Source of the DNA: Ktedonobacterales bacterium
GTDB taxonomy: Bacteria; Chloroflexota; Ktedonobacteria; Ktedonobacterales; JADMIN01
Direction: 5' to 3'
Length of the DNA stretch: 32,000 nt
Assembly (NCBI GenBank): GCA_030167145.1
Contig: CP126532.1
Location: 2,490,001-2,522,000, forward strand
Shown here: positions 31,765 to 32,000 of the stretch, in pieces
Layout: each line of letters opens with the position of its first letter
Numbering within the stretch: the first letter of the stretch is position 1
Program-made: the position numbers and the translations under genes
The notes under the pieces: generated by a model
Told to the model about the DNA's origin: nothing
The model's input: only the letters and a program-made list of their open reading frames with translations
The model's database searches: none

Positions 31765-32000
31765 TCTTTTGGATGGATCATTCTCGCCACACGACGAAAA
31801 TGATCCGGAATGGGTTGTCACAATGCCTTCAACACGCGCATTGCTAACCCAGCGCATGCTATCCCATTAAGAAGAGATATACGCACGTCCGCGAAAAAGC
31901 GGAAAACGACGTTGGGATACGCGCGGCCAGCCGGGGAGATTGGGGGGACGAACGCGACGCCAGCCGCGCGCGGATATTCTGCACATGGGGGATACGTCTC

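Noticed and set aside
31760-32000. Possible gene start at the right edge (ATG at 31985) and inverted repeat GGATCATT-N17-AATGATCC (31781-31813)
   Set aside because: Too little sequence remains to support a CDS. The inverted repeat is isolated and I cannot assign it a role.

Overview
This is a high-GC bacterial chromosomal segment. The gene content and the many GC-rich palindromic intergenic repeats suggest a Chloroflexota-like genome, but that is inference only. I support about 24 CDS.

Housekeeping and signalling genes:
- a GAF/PAS histidine kinase, cut by the left edge
- an ECF-type sigma / anti-sigma pair
- a mycoredoxin-like glutaredoxin
- corA
- a CheY-like receiver
- galU and fabG
- a Ser/Thr kinase
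- ftsH

Accessory block (about 6.0-18.2 kb):
- a repeat-riddled HTH / small-terminase-like ORF
- a 1104-aa MmeI-like nuclease-methyltransferase with a type-ISP-like C-terminus
- a conserved 244-aa hypothetical
- a TerY-like vWA-TIR fusion, divergent from a YhcG/DUF1016 PD-(D/E)xK nuclease
- a phage antirepressor-like gene at the right end

No rRNA, canonical tRNA or CRISPR array was found.

The most unusual signal is at 12.76-13.15 kb. It looks like a promoter-to-terminator unit holding two tandem tRNA-like modules. In each, every arm has canonical tRNA geometry, but the 3' half precedes the 5' half and there is no anticodon loop. That is a circularly permuted, Y-RNA/YrlA-like topology, yet no Ro/rsr gene is in the window.

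Other notable signals:
- three 70-bp tandem units with compensatory hairpins over the RBS and start of the antirepressor gene
- a 25-nt double half-site motif present four times, in frame, inside the HTH ORF
- a MITE-like family with about 21-bp terminal inverted repeats; two inverted copies bracket the HTH-methyltransferase module
- several REP-like palindrome families, including a 39-bp tandem array

All functional calls come from reading motifs by eye. No searches were run.
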